From the sequence record LR756504.1: a stretch of DNA of 64,000 bases. One strand, 5' to 3'. The notes under the pieces were generated by a model. That model ran no database searches. It was not told the origin of the DNA and saw only the letters and a program-made list of their open reading frames with translations. The translations under genes were made by a program, and so were the position numbers. Positions 19,910-28,261 of the stretch are shown here, in pieces; position 1 is the first letter of the stretch; every line of letters begins with the position of its first letter.

Positions 19910-20197
19910 ATGAACTGGCAAGAAAAGAAAGATAATTGGCAACCATCGGAACGTTATTTAAAACGTGAAGAAAATAAATTTATAATGAAAATGATTAGTA
20001 AAATGCCATCTTCATATAAAGAATGGTGGTCATATTTAAAAGATTCACAAAAAGATTTAGTATTTAGAAGATATGAAACTTCTTATTATAAGGAAAGTTT
20101 TTCTAATAGTATTTTTTGGAAATGGTGTTATTCCGATATTAAAATAGATAAATTTGAAGTAAGGAAAAAAAGAATAAATGATATTTACGATGAATAA
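19910..20197 (+). CDS. Hypothetical protein with C-terminal RKKRIxxIY tag
   Basis: 95 aa; ends VRKKRINDIYDE. Confidence 0.7.
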   Translation: MNWQEKKDNWQPSERYLKREENKFIMKMISKMPSSYKEWWSYLKDSQKDLVFRRYETSYYKESFSNSIFWKWCYSDIKIDKFEVRKKRINDIYDE

Positions 20198-20669
20198 AAT
20201 AATTATAGCGGGAAAATGCGGGTGTGGTAAAACATATCTTAAAGAAAGATTCATTTCAAGAGGATATATACCATCCATAAGCTATACATCAAGAGCTATT
20301 AGAATAGAGAATGATGAAGTTAATGGTAAAGATTATAATTTTGTATCTAAAAATGAATTCAAGGAATTAATTGAGAATGATAAATTACTCGAATGGGAAG
20401 AATTTAATGGTGATTATTATGGAACACCCATAGATACGGAAGGTAATATATTAATTATGTCCACTGATGGCATTAAACAAATACCAAAAGAAATAAGAAA
20501 ATAATATTTTATAATATACCTTGATATTCCACGTGATATTCTTATTAAAAGAATGGAAAATAGAGGTTGGAACGATGATAAAATTCATAAACGTCTTATT
20601 GAAGTTGATGATGTTAAATTTGAAGGTTTTGTAGATTATGATTTAAGGGTAACTAACTCATATTTCTAA
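20190..20669 (+). pseudogene. gmk: Guanylate-kinase-like NMP kinase interrupted by one in-frame TAA (20502-20504)
   Basis: IIIAGKCGCGKT P-loop, SYTSRAIR..EVNGKDYNFVS, FNGDYYGT; same frame continues YFIIYLDIP..LIKRM..RG...RL to TAA at 20669. Confidence 0.8.
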
Positions 20670-20712
20670 TTCCAATCTTAATATATAACTAACAAAATAT
20701 AATGTTTTTATA

Positions 20713-21678
20713 ATGAAATATCTTAAAAATAGAAAACAGTACACTGAACAAATAAAAGTACCTAAAGTTAACGAAGGTGTAGAAAATGTTAATTTACACA
20801 ATACTATTATTAAACAAATATGTGAAATTAAATTACCAGATCCTCAACATGGTGATTTAAAATTAAGTATGCTTCAATTTGAAAATAATAGTGAATGGAT
20901 AAGTTTACCAGAAGGATTTAAAATATGGGAGGAATCATTTAATAATATTATTAAAATGATTCCATTACAAGAAGGAGCTAATACACATTATGTAACTATT
21001 GATACTAAATTTTTTACTAAACCTGAGTTTTTAAGAAGAGAAGGTGTTCATGCAGATGGTAATTTTTGTGTAGATCCTAATTTTGTATCTGAGAAAAAAA
21101 CTTTTAAATCATCTTGGGGTGATACCAAACCTACTTGGGGAGGAGCAAAAGCAAATGTTGAGGAAGAAGAGTCTATAAAATCGTCATGGGGCGGTGCAAG
21201 TCCTAAACCAACATGGGGTGGTGCTAAAATAAACGATGAAGAGGAAGAAACATTAAAATCATCTTGGGGAGATACTAAACCATCTTGGGGAGGAGCAAGA
21301 GCTAAAAAAAATTATGTTGTAAAAGAAGATAATAGCCATGTTTCTATGGATTGGGTATTACCATATAATATAACTATTCCTATTGGTGATTACATATCAG
21401 AAAAGAAAGGTGGTATTCTAACAGTATCTACAGAGGTTGGTTGTCAGGGATGGCACGGAACATTTAAAGGTGAAATTCTATCAGAAGGTGCTTATGATGA
21501 TATGACTGATCAATTAACAGATGATAAAAAAGTACTATTTGAAAAAAATATGCTTTATTTCATGACTAGTAATACACCACACGAAACATTATTAATAGAT
21601 AAAGGTAAAAGAAGAACTTTCATGAGAATAACATTGAATCATGAATATAAAAATGAATCAATGTTAAGTAAATTATAG
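20713..21678 (+). CDS. 2OG-Fe(II) dioxygenase-like protein with internal SWG/WGG repeat insert
   Basis: RREGVHADG (HxD) ... TPHE ... RRTFMR; capsid-targeting-like MKYLKN start. Confidence 0.6.
   Translation: MKYLKNRKQYTEQIKVPKVNEGVENVNLHNTIIKQICEIKLPDPQHGDLKLSMLQFENNSEWISLPEGFKIWEESFNNIIKMIPLQEGANTHYVTIDTKFFTKPEFLRREGVHADGNFCVDPNFVSEKKTFKSSWGDTKPTWGGAKANVEEEESIKSSWGGASPKPTWGGAKINDEEEETLKSSWGDTKPSWGGARAKKNYVVKEDNSHVSMDWVLPYNITIPIGDYISEKKGGILTVSTEVGCQGWHGTFKGEILSEGAYDDMTDQLTDDKKVLFEKNMLYFMTSNTPHETLLIDKGKRRTFMRITLNHEYKNESMLSKL
21106..21298 (+). repeat. Three imperfect in-frame repeats KSSWG(D/G)xxPTWGGA
   Basis: Near-identical DNA units at 21106-21148 and 21256-21298, diverged unit between. 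Confidence 0.85.
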
Positions 21679-21683
21679 TAATT

Positions 21684-21709
21684 AAAGGACTTTTTTAAAA
21701 AAGTCCTTT
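21684..21709 (+). terminator. Terminator-like palindrome
   Basis: AAAGGACTTTTTT/AAAAAAGTCCTTT. Confidence 0.65.
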
Positions 21710-21714
21710 ATATT

Positions 21715-21746
21715 TTTGGATAAATTAAATTTTTATCATATATTTG
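21715..21746 (+). promoter_or_regulatory. Bacteroidota housekeeping-sigma promoter
   Basis: TTTG near 21715-21718, TATATTTG 21739-21746. Confidence 0.7.
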
Positions 21747-21765
21747 TATACAAATATATCTAATT

Positions 21766-22041
21766 ATGGCTACATATAAAGATTTAACAGTAAATGTATC
21801 ACAAGAGTTCTTAGACGCAGTTCTAACATTTCTTGTAGTTCAACCATCCATTCATTTCTATACAACTATTTTCTTGGATGAACTTGAAGAAAACGTAGAT
21901 TTGGAAGATGAAGAAAATGAAGGCTTCATTATAGGAATTCTTGATGGTGATGGAATTCAAACAATTGAAAAATGTTTTGTTGATAATCTATCAACGGATG
22001 AAACTGCCGAACAATTCTTTAACACTTACCTCCAAGCATAA
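21766..22041 (+). CDS. Acidic hypothetical protein
   Basis: 91 aa behind host-type promoter. Confidence 0.7.
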   Translation: MATYKDLTVNVSQEFLDAVLTFLVVQPSIHFYTTIFLDELEENVDLEDEENEGFIIGILDGDGIQTIEKCFVDNLSTDETAEQFFNTYLQA

Positions 22042-22409
22042 TGAAATTACAAGATAAGAAAAAAATAAAACAGGTTATTCTACATGCAAATGAGAATAAA
22101 TTAGATTTAAAACAAATGATTTCTATTGTTAATGGTGAAAGCCATCCAGTAGGAGATGATGTTAATTTTACAACTATTTTAAGTGATAGTAATAGAATTG
22201 CTTTTAGTATAGAAGAACATCCACATGGTTGGTGTAGACATATATCAATTAGCAAAAATAATAAACCACCTGTAATGAAAGAAGCAGGTATAATTTTACA
22301 AGAATTTGAATTCGATCTAAATGTATCCATGACATTCTATGAAGAGGAATTCATTTCAAATGATATTAATATTATTTCTATTAATTGGATACAGAAAATA
22401 GAAGAATAA
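22041..22409 (+). CDS. Hypothetical protein (RHISIS motif)
   Basis: FSIEEHP.GWCRHISIS pattern seen in phage hypotheticals. Confidence 0.7.
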   Translation: MKLQDKKKIKQVILHANENKLDLKQMISIVNGESHPVGDDVNFTTILSDSNRIAFSIEEHPHGWCRHISISKNNKPPVMKEAGIILQEFEFDLNVSMTFYEEEFISNDINIISINWIQKIEE

Positions 22410-22452
22410 ATTAGGAAAATTAAAAAAATAATTGTAATTTTGTAAAACATTT

Positions 22453-22541
22453 GGCGTGTTCGTCTAGTGGGAAGAGGGTAACTCTTCGGTAGGACAGTAT
22501 CTTTTCAGATAAAAACATAGGTTCGAATCCTTTACACGCTA
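22453..22541 (+). tRNA. tRNA-Glu(TTC)-like gene with hairpin inserted in D-loop and 6-nt anticodon loop
   Basis: Acceptor GGCGTGT/ACACGCT, D-stem GTCT/GGAC, TATC-TTTTCA-GATA, GGTTCGAATCC; extra GAAGAG-GGTAA-CTCTTC; promoter TAATTTTG at 22435-22442. Confidence 0.65.
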
Positions 22542-22556
22542 CTAAAATTAAAAAGT

Positions 22557-23546
22557 ATGAAAAAATTGTTAGTATTATTGTTATTAATGTTTATGCAATT
22601 AAACAGCTACGCCCAATGTCCAATAGATGTTAATTCTACGAATGGGTATAGTGTACATATAAATGTAAATATCACATCAATGATAGTAACACCTAATGGG
22701 TGTAATCCAGGTTATTGTTTATGTGGTTATGTTTATAACTATGTTGTAAGCTATAATGTTACATTTAGCGGTTTAAATATTCCACCAAATTTATATACGC
22801 TACAAGGTGTAATATATGATAATAATGGTAGTTCATTTTATAATTTACCCAATACTGGTGGAACTGGCACTACAACATCAGCAAATGTATCCACATTACA
22901 AAGTAATTGCAATACTGTAACATATAACTATTTTAACCCTTGTATTACAGTTGAAATTAAGGGTCCTGGTATTCCTGACCAAACAATATCATTAACGTGT
23001 CCGTGTACATCTACAGCACCAGTCGAATTAGTCTATTTTAAAGGAGACTCAAAAAATAATACCGCTATTTTAACATGGAGTACAGCAATGGAAAAAAATA
23101 ATGATTATTTCATATTAGAAAGAAGTGATGATGCGGTATCATGGAATGAGTTAGGAAAAATAAAAGGTAATGGTACATCAACATCAACAAATTATTATTC
23201 TTATTCAGATATCAATCCATTTCCAGTTAATTATTACAGATTAAAACAGGTAGATTATAACGGTGATTATACATACAGTCATATTGCTAATGTTAATTTA
23301 TCTATAATCACTACATATGTTTATTCAAATCAAACGGATGTTAATATTAAAGTAATATCGGAATCATTCACAGGTGTTAATTTCATTTTATATGATGCTT
23401 TTGGTAGAGTAATTTATAATGATTATGTTCTTAAAACAAGTGTAGAAATGCTACATAAAATGCAGACACAAGGCAAGCAATTATACATATTAAAAATTGT
23501 TCAAGATAATTATGTAATCGGTATTCATAAATTTATTTCAGAATAA
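22557..23546 (+). CDS. Secreted Cys-containing protein with T9SS-type C-terminal region
   Basis: Signal peptide MKKLL...SYAQ; PVELVYF.G...LTWSTAMEKNNDYFILERS.D...YYRLKQVDYNG module typical of Bacteroidota T9SS cargo. Confidence 0.8.
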   Translation: MKKLLVLLLLMFMQLNSYAQCPIDVNSTNGYSVHINVNITSMIVTPNGCNPGYCLCGYVYNYVVSYNVTFSGLNIPPNLYTLQGVIYDNNGSSFYNLPNTGGTGTTTSANVSTLQSNCNTVTYNYFNPCITVEIKGPGIPDQTISLTCPCTSTAPVELVYFKGDSKNNTAILTWSTAMEKNNDYFILERSDDAVSWNELGKIKGNGTSTSTNYYSYSDINPFPVNYYRLKQVDYNGDYTYSHIANVNLSIITTYVYSNQTDVNIKVISESFTGVNFILYDAFGRVIYNDYVLKTSVEMLHKMQTQGKQLYILKIVQDNYVIGIHKFISE

Positions 23547-23608
23547 TTAAAGAAAGAGAAAACATTTTATAAATATATACGTTATAATAAGTATAAATAA
23601 ATAAAGCA

Positions 23609-23692
23609 ATGAAAAATTTAACTAACATATTTTGGCATTTTCATTTTAAAGCTACAAGAAGACTTGGAATGGAAAACCTATATGTAAGTTAA
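23609..23692 (+). CDS. Attenuator leader peptide MKNLTNIFWHFHFKATRRLGMENLYVS
   Basis: 27-aa ORF below track cutoff; codons TTT TGG CAT TTT CAT TTT at 23630-23647; followed by terminator. Confidence 0.75.
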   Translation: MKNLTNIFWHFHFKATRRLGMENLYVS

Positions 23693-23748
23693 TCTAAACA
23701 TAAAGGAAGAAATTAAAAACCCAAGTCTTAAAAGGCTTGGGTTTTTTT
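23638..23748 (+). promoter_or_regulatory. Transcription attenuator (1:2, 2:3 and 3:4 hairpins)
   Basis: 23638-49 pairs with 23664-75; AAGACTTGG 23659-67 pairs with CCAAGTCTT 23721-29; terminator CCCAAGTCT-TAAA-AGGCTTGGG-T7 23720-23748. Confidence 0.75.
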
Positions 23749-23758
23749 GTTTTTATAC

Positions 23759-23836
23759 ACACCGATACTAGAATGATCTCCAAAATCATAATCGTATAAT
23801 TGGGTGAAAATACAGGTTCGAGTCCTGTGCGGTGTC
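23759..23836 (+). tRNA. D-armless tRNA-Trp(CCA)-like element with long variable region
   Basis: Acceptor ACACCGA/GCGGTGT; ATGAT-CTCCAAA-ATCAT; ACAGG-TTCGAGT-CCTGT; only 7 nt where the D-arm should be; overlaps tRNA-His 5' end. Confidence 0.55.
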
Positions 23837-23905
23837 TGTAGTGTAGTGGTTTAAGCACAATACTTTGTGGAAGTATTGGGATGGTTTCGAATACCATCGG
23901 ACACA
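23832..23905 (+). tRNA. tRNA-His(GTG)
   Basis: GTGTCTG/CGGACAC acceptor, G-1 encoded at 23831, GTGT/GCAC D-stem, ATACT-TTGTGGA-AGTAT; atypical T53:A61 and A73. Confidence 0.8.
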
Positions 23906-23909
23906 CAAA

Positions 23910-23981
23910 GGGGGTTAAGCTAATCAGGTGAAAGCAGGCCATTGAAGCTGGTCAGAGACGGATCGATACCGTTATCCCCCA
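23910..23981 (+). tRNA. tRNA-Phe(GAA)
   Basis: GGGGGTT/ATCCCCC acceptor, GCT/AGC D-stem, GGCCA-TTGAAGC-TGGTC, GACGG-ATCGATA-CCGTT; atypical A8 and A54. Confidence 0.75.
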
Positions 23982-23999
23982 CAATGTTATTATTTTGGT

Positions 24000-24021
24000 N
24001 NNNNNNNNNNNNNNNNNNNNN
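24000..24021. other. Assembly gap (22 N)
   Basis: Run of N right after the tRNA cluster. Confidence 1.
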
Positions 24022-24031
24022 TGTATATTTA

Positions 24032-24667
24032 TTACCACATTTCTGATGGTAAATTTGGATTATGCTTCTGCTCACTTGATTCAGAATCATCTTCATCCGA
24101 TACTTCTTCTTCAAACTCATCCATATCCGCTTCATCATCTTCGTCTATTTCATCGTGTTTAAAATCATCATGATGGTGATGTGAATAAGCTTCTTCGTCG
24201 TCCCAATCATCAAATTTTAAAACATGTGAATCATCATCTTCGTCTTCGTCATCATCTTTAGAATGACTAAAATCATCCTCAGCAAAATCGTCATCCGAAT
24301 TATCTTCTGAATCATCTTCATCAAATTTTGCATTTCTTATAAAATTTGAAATTTCTTCATCAGAATCTTCTTCACGCGGCTCTTTTCCATCTTCATGGTT
24401 AATCATGTCTTCTTCCTCTTCTTCTAATGTAGCTTCCTCATCTGACATAACTTCACAAGATGCTTTAGCTGCATTTACATCCTCTAATGCACTATGAAGT
24501 TCTTCTTCGGACATAACACTTAACTCATCTTTTGTAAAAGCATGATACTCACATTCATTTGGATCAATGCTATTTTGAATAGCTAATATTTTATCAACCA
24601 ATCTGTTAAATATTTCTAAATCAAGGCTTTCGTTTATGAATGTTTTAAATCTTTTTAAATGTTTCAT
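24032..24667 (-). CDS. Highly acidic protein with capsid-targeting-like N-terminus
   Basis: MKHLKRFKTFINE|S; D/E-rich C-terminal half; TTATATATA upstream. Confidence 0.75.
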   Translation of the reverse strand: MKHLKRFKTFINESLDLEIFNRLVDKILAIQNSIDPNECEYHAFTKDELSVMSEEELHSALEDVNAAKASCEVMSDEEATLEEEEEDMINHEDGKEPREEDSDEEISNFIRNAKFDEDDSEDNSDDDFAEDDFSHSKDDDEDEDDDSHVLKFDDWDDEEAYSHHHHDDFKHDEIDEDDEADMDEFEEEVSDEDDSESSEQKHNPNLPSEMW

Positions 24668-24770
24668 TAATTAATTTGATATTTTTTTTAGTTAAAAGTA
24701 TATATAAATTTTAATACCTCTTTTTTAATCTATATAATCATTTAGAAAACTAAAAATTTATATATATTAA

Positions 24771-26135
24771 ATGAAATTATTTAGCAACTCTTTTTTAAAT
24801 GATTATAGTATCTTAAAACAAGCTGTTATAGGCATAGAATTTGAAGCATATTCTAAGGCCAATTATCCAATTACATTAGAAATATTTAATAGAGAATTAT
24901 CACCAATTAAAGTGTGGGGTTATCAACATTGTGATAAAAATTTTAAAGTTGATTCTAAAAATTTTAAAATTTTGCCAGATTTGAGTGGAGGATTCAATTG
25001 TTTAGAATTAGTAACTGGGCCGCAAACATATTTGGAATGTAGACTAACATTATCCAAAATATTGAAAGTATTACAACAAATAGCACACACTACCGATAGA
25101 ACTGGATTACATATCAATATTTCGTTTCCAAATGATTCTGGTAAGAATATAGAAAAACTTAATATTCTAAAACTTATCTTAAATTTAGAAGAAACTAAAA
25201 TTTATGATTCATTTCCAGATAGAAAAGATAACGTATATGCTAAGTCTATTAAAAACATAATACCTTATAAAGATTACGATTACACAAATTCAACCGCAAA
25301 TATTCTTGGAAACTCATTATTACTACCCAATACTAAATATTATGGAATTAATTTTGCAACAATGGGAGAAGGTAGATTAGAATTTAGATACATTGGTGGC
25401 GAAAATTATCAATTCAAAGTAAATGAAATTTTAGACTTAATGGATTACTTTATTTTATTAACATGGAATTCTATAGGCGAACAATTGGATAATAATGAAG
25501 CTAAAATGTTAAGAGTTTATTTAGATGAAAACATTAGAAAATATAAGGCTTTAAATAAACTTGATACCTTTATGGCCCAATTCCCTACAGTGGAACTTCA
25601 AATTGATAAAAGAAATGATTATGAAATAGTAAGTGCGTACTATTCAATTTTATATGATGATATTTATGAATTAATTAGACATAGTAAAAATTTTAAAAAT
25701 GCAATCATAAATTATGACACTGAAACTAGATGTATTGAAATTGTTGGTGGTGAAAATATAGAATTTACAGGACCAGTTTCTCAGTTGGATTTTATTAACT
25801 GTACATTAGAACAAGGTGATTTTACAGAATGTAATTTTATCAGAAGTCAAATTAAGAATAGTATAATGTTATCGAGTAATTTATCAGACTCCTACGCAGA
25901 AGAATCAAAACTACTGTCTTGTAAAGTAGATAAAGAATCTGAAATAAAAGATTGCTATTTCACAGAAGGTGTTATGGGTGGTAATATGGTCGGTGGAGTA
26001 TTTCGTTCAGGTAAAATTGGTGTAGATGGTCATGTTAGTCAAGAAACTAAAGTACTTAATGATGAACAAGACTTTTTTAATATTAAGAAATATGGTACTA
26101 ATGATATAAATAAAAAAGGATTTAAAAAGAAATAA
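24771..26135 (+). CDS. Putative amidoligase (COOH-NH2 ligase type 2) with C-terminal beta-helix-like repeats
   Basis: IGIEFE, PDLSG, LELVT.P, TGLHINIS, KYYGIN, RLEFR. Confidence 0.8.
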   Translation: MKLFSNSFLNDYSILKQAVIGIEFEAYSKANYPITLEIFNRELSPIKVWGYQHCDKNFKVDSKNFKILPDLSGGFNCLELVTGPQTYLECRLTLSKILKVLQQIAHTTDRTGLHINISFPNDSGKNIEKLNILKLILNLEETKIYDSFPDRKDNVYAKSIKNIIPYKDYDYTNSTANILGNSLLLPNTKYYGINFATMGEGRLEFRYIGGENYQFKVNEILDLMDYFILLTWNSIGEQLDNNEAKMLRVYLDENIRKYKALNKLDTFMAQFPTVELQIDKRNDYEIVSAYYSILYDDIYELIRHSKNFKNAIINYDTETRCIEIVGGENIEFTGPVSQLDFINCTLEQGDFTECNFIRSQIKNSIMLSSNLSDSYAEESKLLSCKVDKESEIKDCYFTEGVMGGNMVGGVFRSGKIGVDGHVSQETKVLNDEQDFFNIKKYGTNDINKKGFKKK

Positions 26136-26145
26136 TACACCAACA

Positions 26146-26817
26146 ATGAAATATTTAAAATTATATGAAGATTTTTCGGATTGGGATGATGAAGAGGAAG
26201 AAGATGATGAAGATATTATAAAAATTGATAAATTTATAGAAACATTAGAATCAAATCCTAAACTTATTAAAGATTATGTATTCTACAATATTACTAATAA
26301 TGATGAATATGATAATAATAAGTATATAGTTTCTGCATATAATTTAGAATCTGCTAAAATAGCACAAAATAAATATACAAATTTTGAAGAATTTTTAAAT
26401 AATATAAATATGGTTAACTTTGTTGTATATATTACAAATATAAATAAAGTGAAAATTTTCAATTATAGATTAGCATATTTAGATATTTATTTAAATAGAT
26501 ACTTAGAATTACCTAATGTAACTAAAATTATATTGGATAATATAGAAAAAGATGATAGTTTAGTTTATGCAATATTTACATCATCACCTGATAATATGTG
26601 TTTTTATGATAAAAATTTTAATATTATAATGAATTACATTAATTACTTTTTAGAATCATATGGTAAATATTTAATTTATTACAAAGTAGTAAAAAAAGAT
26701 AGAACATCTACATATTTTGTTTTAGACTCACTTACTGGTGAATTAGTTACTACAAAAACTTTAAAGGATTATAGTGAAATAAATAATGAATTATTAGAGG
26801 AGTTGGGCATAAAATAA
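26146..26817 (+). CDS. Hypothetical protein with capsid-targeting-like and acidic N-terminus
   Basis: MKYLKLYEDFSDWDDEEEEDD, shared with 44060-44470. Confidence 0.75.
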   Translation: MKYLKLYEDFSDWDDEEEEDDEDIIKIDKFIETLESNPKLIKDYVFYNITNNDEYDNNKYIVSAYNLESAKIAQNKYTNFEEFLNNINMVNFVVYITNINKVKIFNYRLAYLDIYLNRYLELPNVTKIILDNIEKDDSLVYAIFTSSPDNMCFYDKNFNIIMNYINYFLESYGKYLIYYKVVKKDRTSTYFVLDSLTGELVTTKTLKDYSEINNELLEELGIK

Positions 26818-26820
26818 AAT

Positions 26821-26852
26821 ATAAAGGGAGTTAATTAATTAACTCCCTTTAT
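26821..26852. terminator. Bidirectional terminator (near-perfect palindrome)
   Basis: ATAAAGGGAGTTAATTAATTAACTCCCTTTAT between convergent genes. Confidence 0.8.
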
Positions 26853-26874
26853 ATTTTATTTTCATCAAAAATCA

Positions 26875-27312
26875 TCATTTTATTTTTCTAGCATCTACTA
26901 AAAAAATGCCTTTTGGTGTTTTAAATTGAATTTTATATTCAGGATATTCGACTTCATTTTCAATAGATACCAATGTTATATTATTTGATATTGGATATTC
27001 ATCTATTATTGGATATTCAATATCATCCTTATTCTGTAAATTTTCTTTAATTTCTGACAATTCTTTTTGAGCAGTTTTAAAAATTGGTTCATCATTAGAA
27101 ACATTAGCTACGAAATCTATCATAGAAGCGGCTTTCTTTTTTCCAACTTTTTTAACTAGATCTTCTGCTAGTTCTTTACCTGAAGTATATACATCTGATA
27201 TTTTTTTATCTTCTGGAATACCAAGCACATCGTGCATTTTACCCTTTTTGGGATGGACATCTTTTGCCCATTTCTTTTCATTTAAAAATGTGTTAAATTT
27301 CTTAATGGCCAT
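26875..27312 (-). CDS. Small basic protein with capsid-targeting-like N-terminus
   Basis: MAIKKFNTFLNE|KKW; TTATATATA upstream. Confidence 0.75.
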   Translation of the reverse strand: MAIKKFNTFLNEKKWAKDVHPKKGKMHDVLGIPEDKKISDVYTSGKELAEDLVKKVGKKKAASMIDFVANVSNDEPIFKTAQKELSEIKENLQNKDDIEYPIIDEYPISNNITLVSIENEVEYPEYKIQFKTPKGIFLVDARKIK

Positions 27313-27436
27313 AATTATTAATTAAACTTTTTTATTAATTATATATAAAATATGAGTATTGATATTTATCAAAACAACAAACCCTAATTATAATATTTAT
27401 ATGACAAATTGAAATATTGAAAATAGATTTAAATAA

Positions 27437-27757
27437 TTATTTGTCTAATTTTAATGATATATATTCTTTTAAATTTTCGATTTCTTTGATCACTATTTCA
27501 TTCGAATGTTTTTGATTTTCTAATACTTTATCAAGAGTATTATTTACATCATTCAAAATTTGTAAGTTCTCTTTATCACTTTCTCTGATATATCCATTAA
27601 GAGTATCTATTTCTTTCTCCTTTTTATTTACTTGTTTATAGAAATATATACATACTAATATAGCAATAGTAACTACAGGACCTTGTTCAGCTAATTTTTC
27701 AAGCATTTTATCAACTGCACCTGCTTGTAAAATAAAATTTGAAATTAAATATAACAT
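27437..27757 (-). CDS. Single-TM coiled-coil protein, holin-like (BhlA/UviB-type architecture)
   Basis: GPVVTIAILVCIYFY TM followed by coiled coil; holin role is inference. Confidence 0.45.
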   Translation of the reverse strand: MLYLISNFILQAGAVDKMLEKLAEQGPVVTIAILVCIYFYKQVNKKEKEIDTLNGYIRESDKENLQILNDVNNTLDKVLENQKHSNEIVIKEIENLKEYISLKLDK

Positions 27758-27865
27758 TATTACTACTATACTATTTACATTATATATTAATTATTTGAAT
27801 AGAAATATAGTATCTATGGGAAATTATGGCTTATTTTGCCAAATAAAGCACTATTTTATTAAATA

Positions 27866-28240
27866 TTATCTAAATATTGCTCTAACACCAACATCATTAA
27901 CAGTAATATCAATAATAAGGATGTCTTGTAAAGTACCTTGCATTAATGACACATCAAGCGTATAATTAAATTGTGTCAATTCGGGAATATATTGCGAGAA
28001 TTGTTGTTGTATAACACCTTTAATAAATTCTGGTGATACTGTAGTCTGCCATAAATAAAAATCAAGATCAGCACCTAAATCAACATCACCAATATAATCT
28101 CCCTTATTAGTAAATAAACATAACTCAATCTTCTGTATTACTACTGAAACAGGATCTTGCTGAATAATCTCACCATCTTTGTATCTGGGGTGGCCTGGCC
28201 ATGTAATGTAAAAGTCTCTGAAATCTAATGGTGATGCCAT
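27866..28240 (-). CDS. gp25-like baseplate wedge protein
   Basis: IELCLFTNKGDY.GD.DLGADL..YLW...I.QQF..YIP pattern. Confidence 0.75.
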   Translation of the reverse strand: MASPLDFRDFYITWPGHPRYKDGEIIQQDPVSVVIQKIELCLFTNKGDYIGDVDLGADLDFYLWQTTVSPEFIKGVIQQQFSQYIPELTQFNYTLDVSLMQGTLQDILIIDITVNDVGVRAIFR

Positions 28241-28261
28241 AAAGTATAAACTCCTTTTTAT

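Noticed and set aside
23694-24138. Minus-strand ORFs 23694-23942 and 23920-24138
   Set aside because: Antisense to the attenuator/tRNA cluster; the second spans the N gap and overlaps a real gene out of frame
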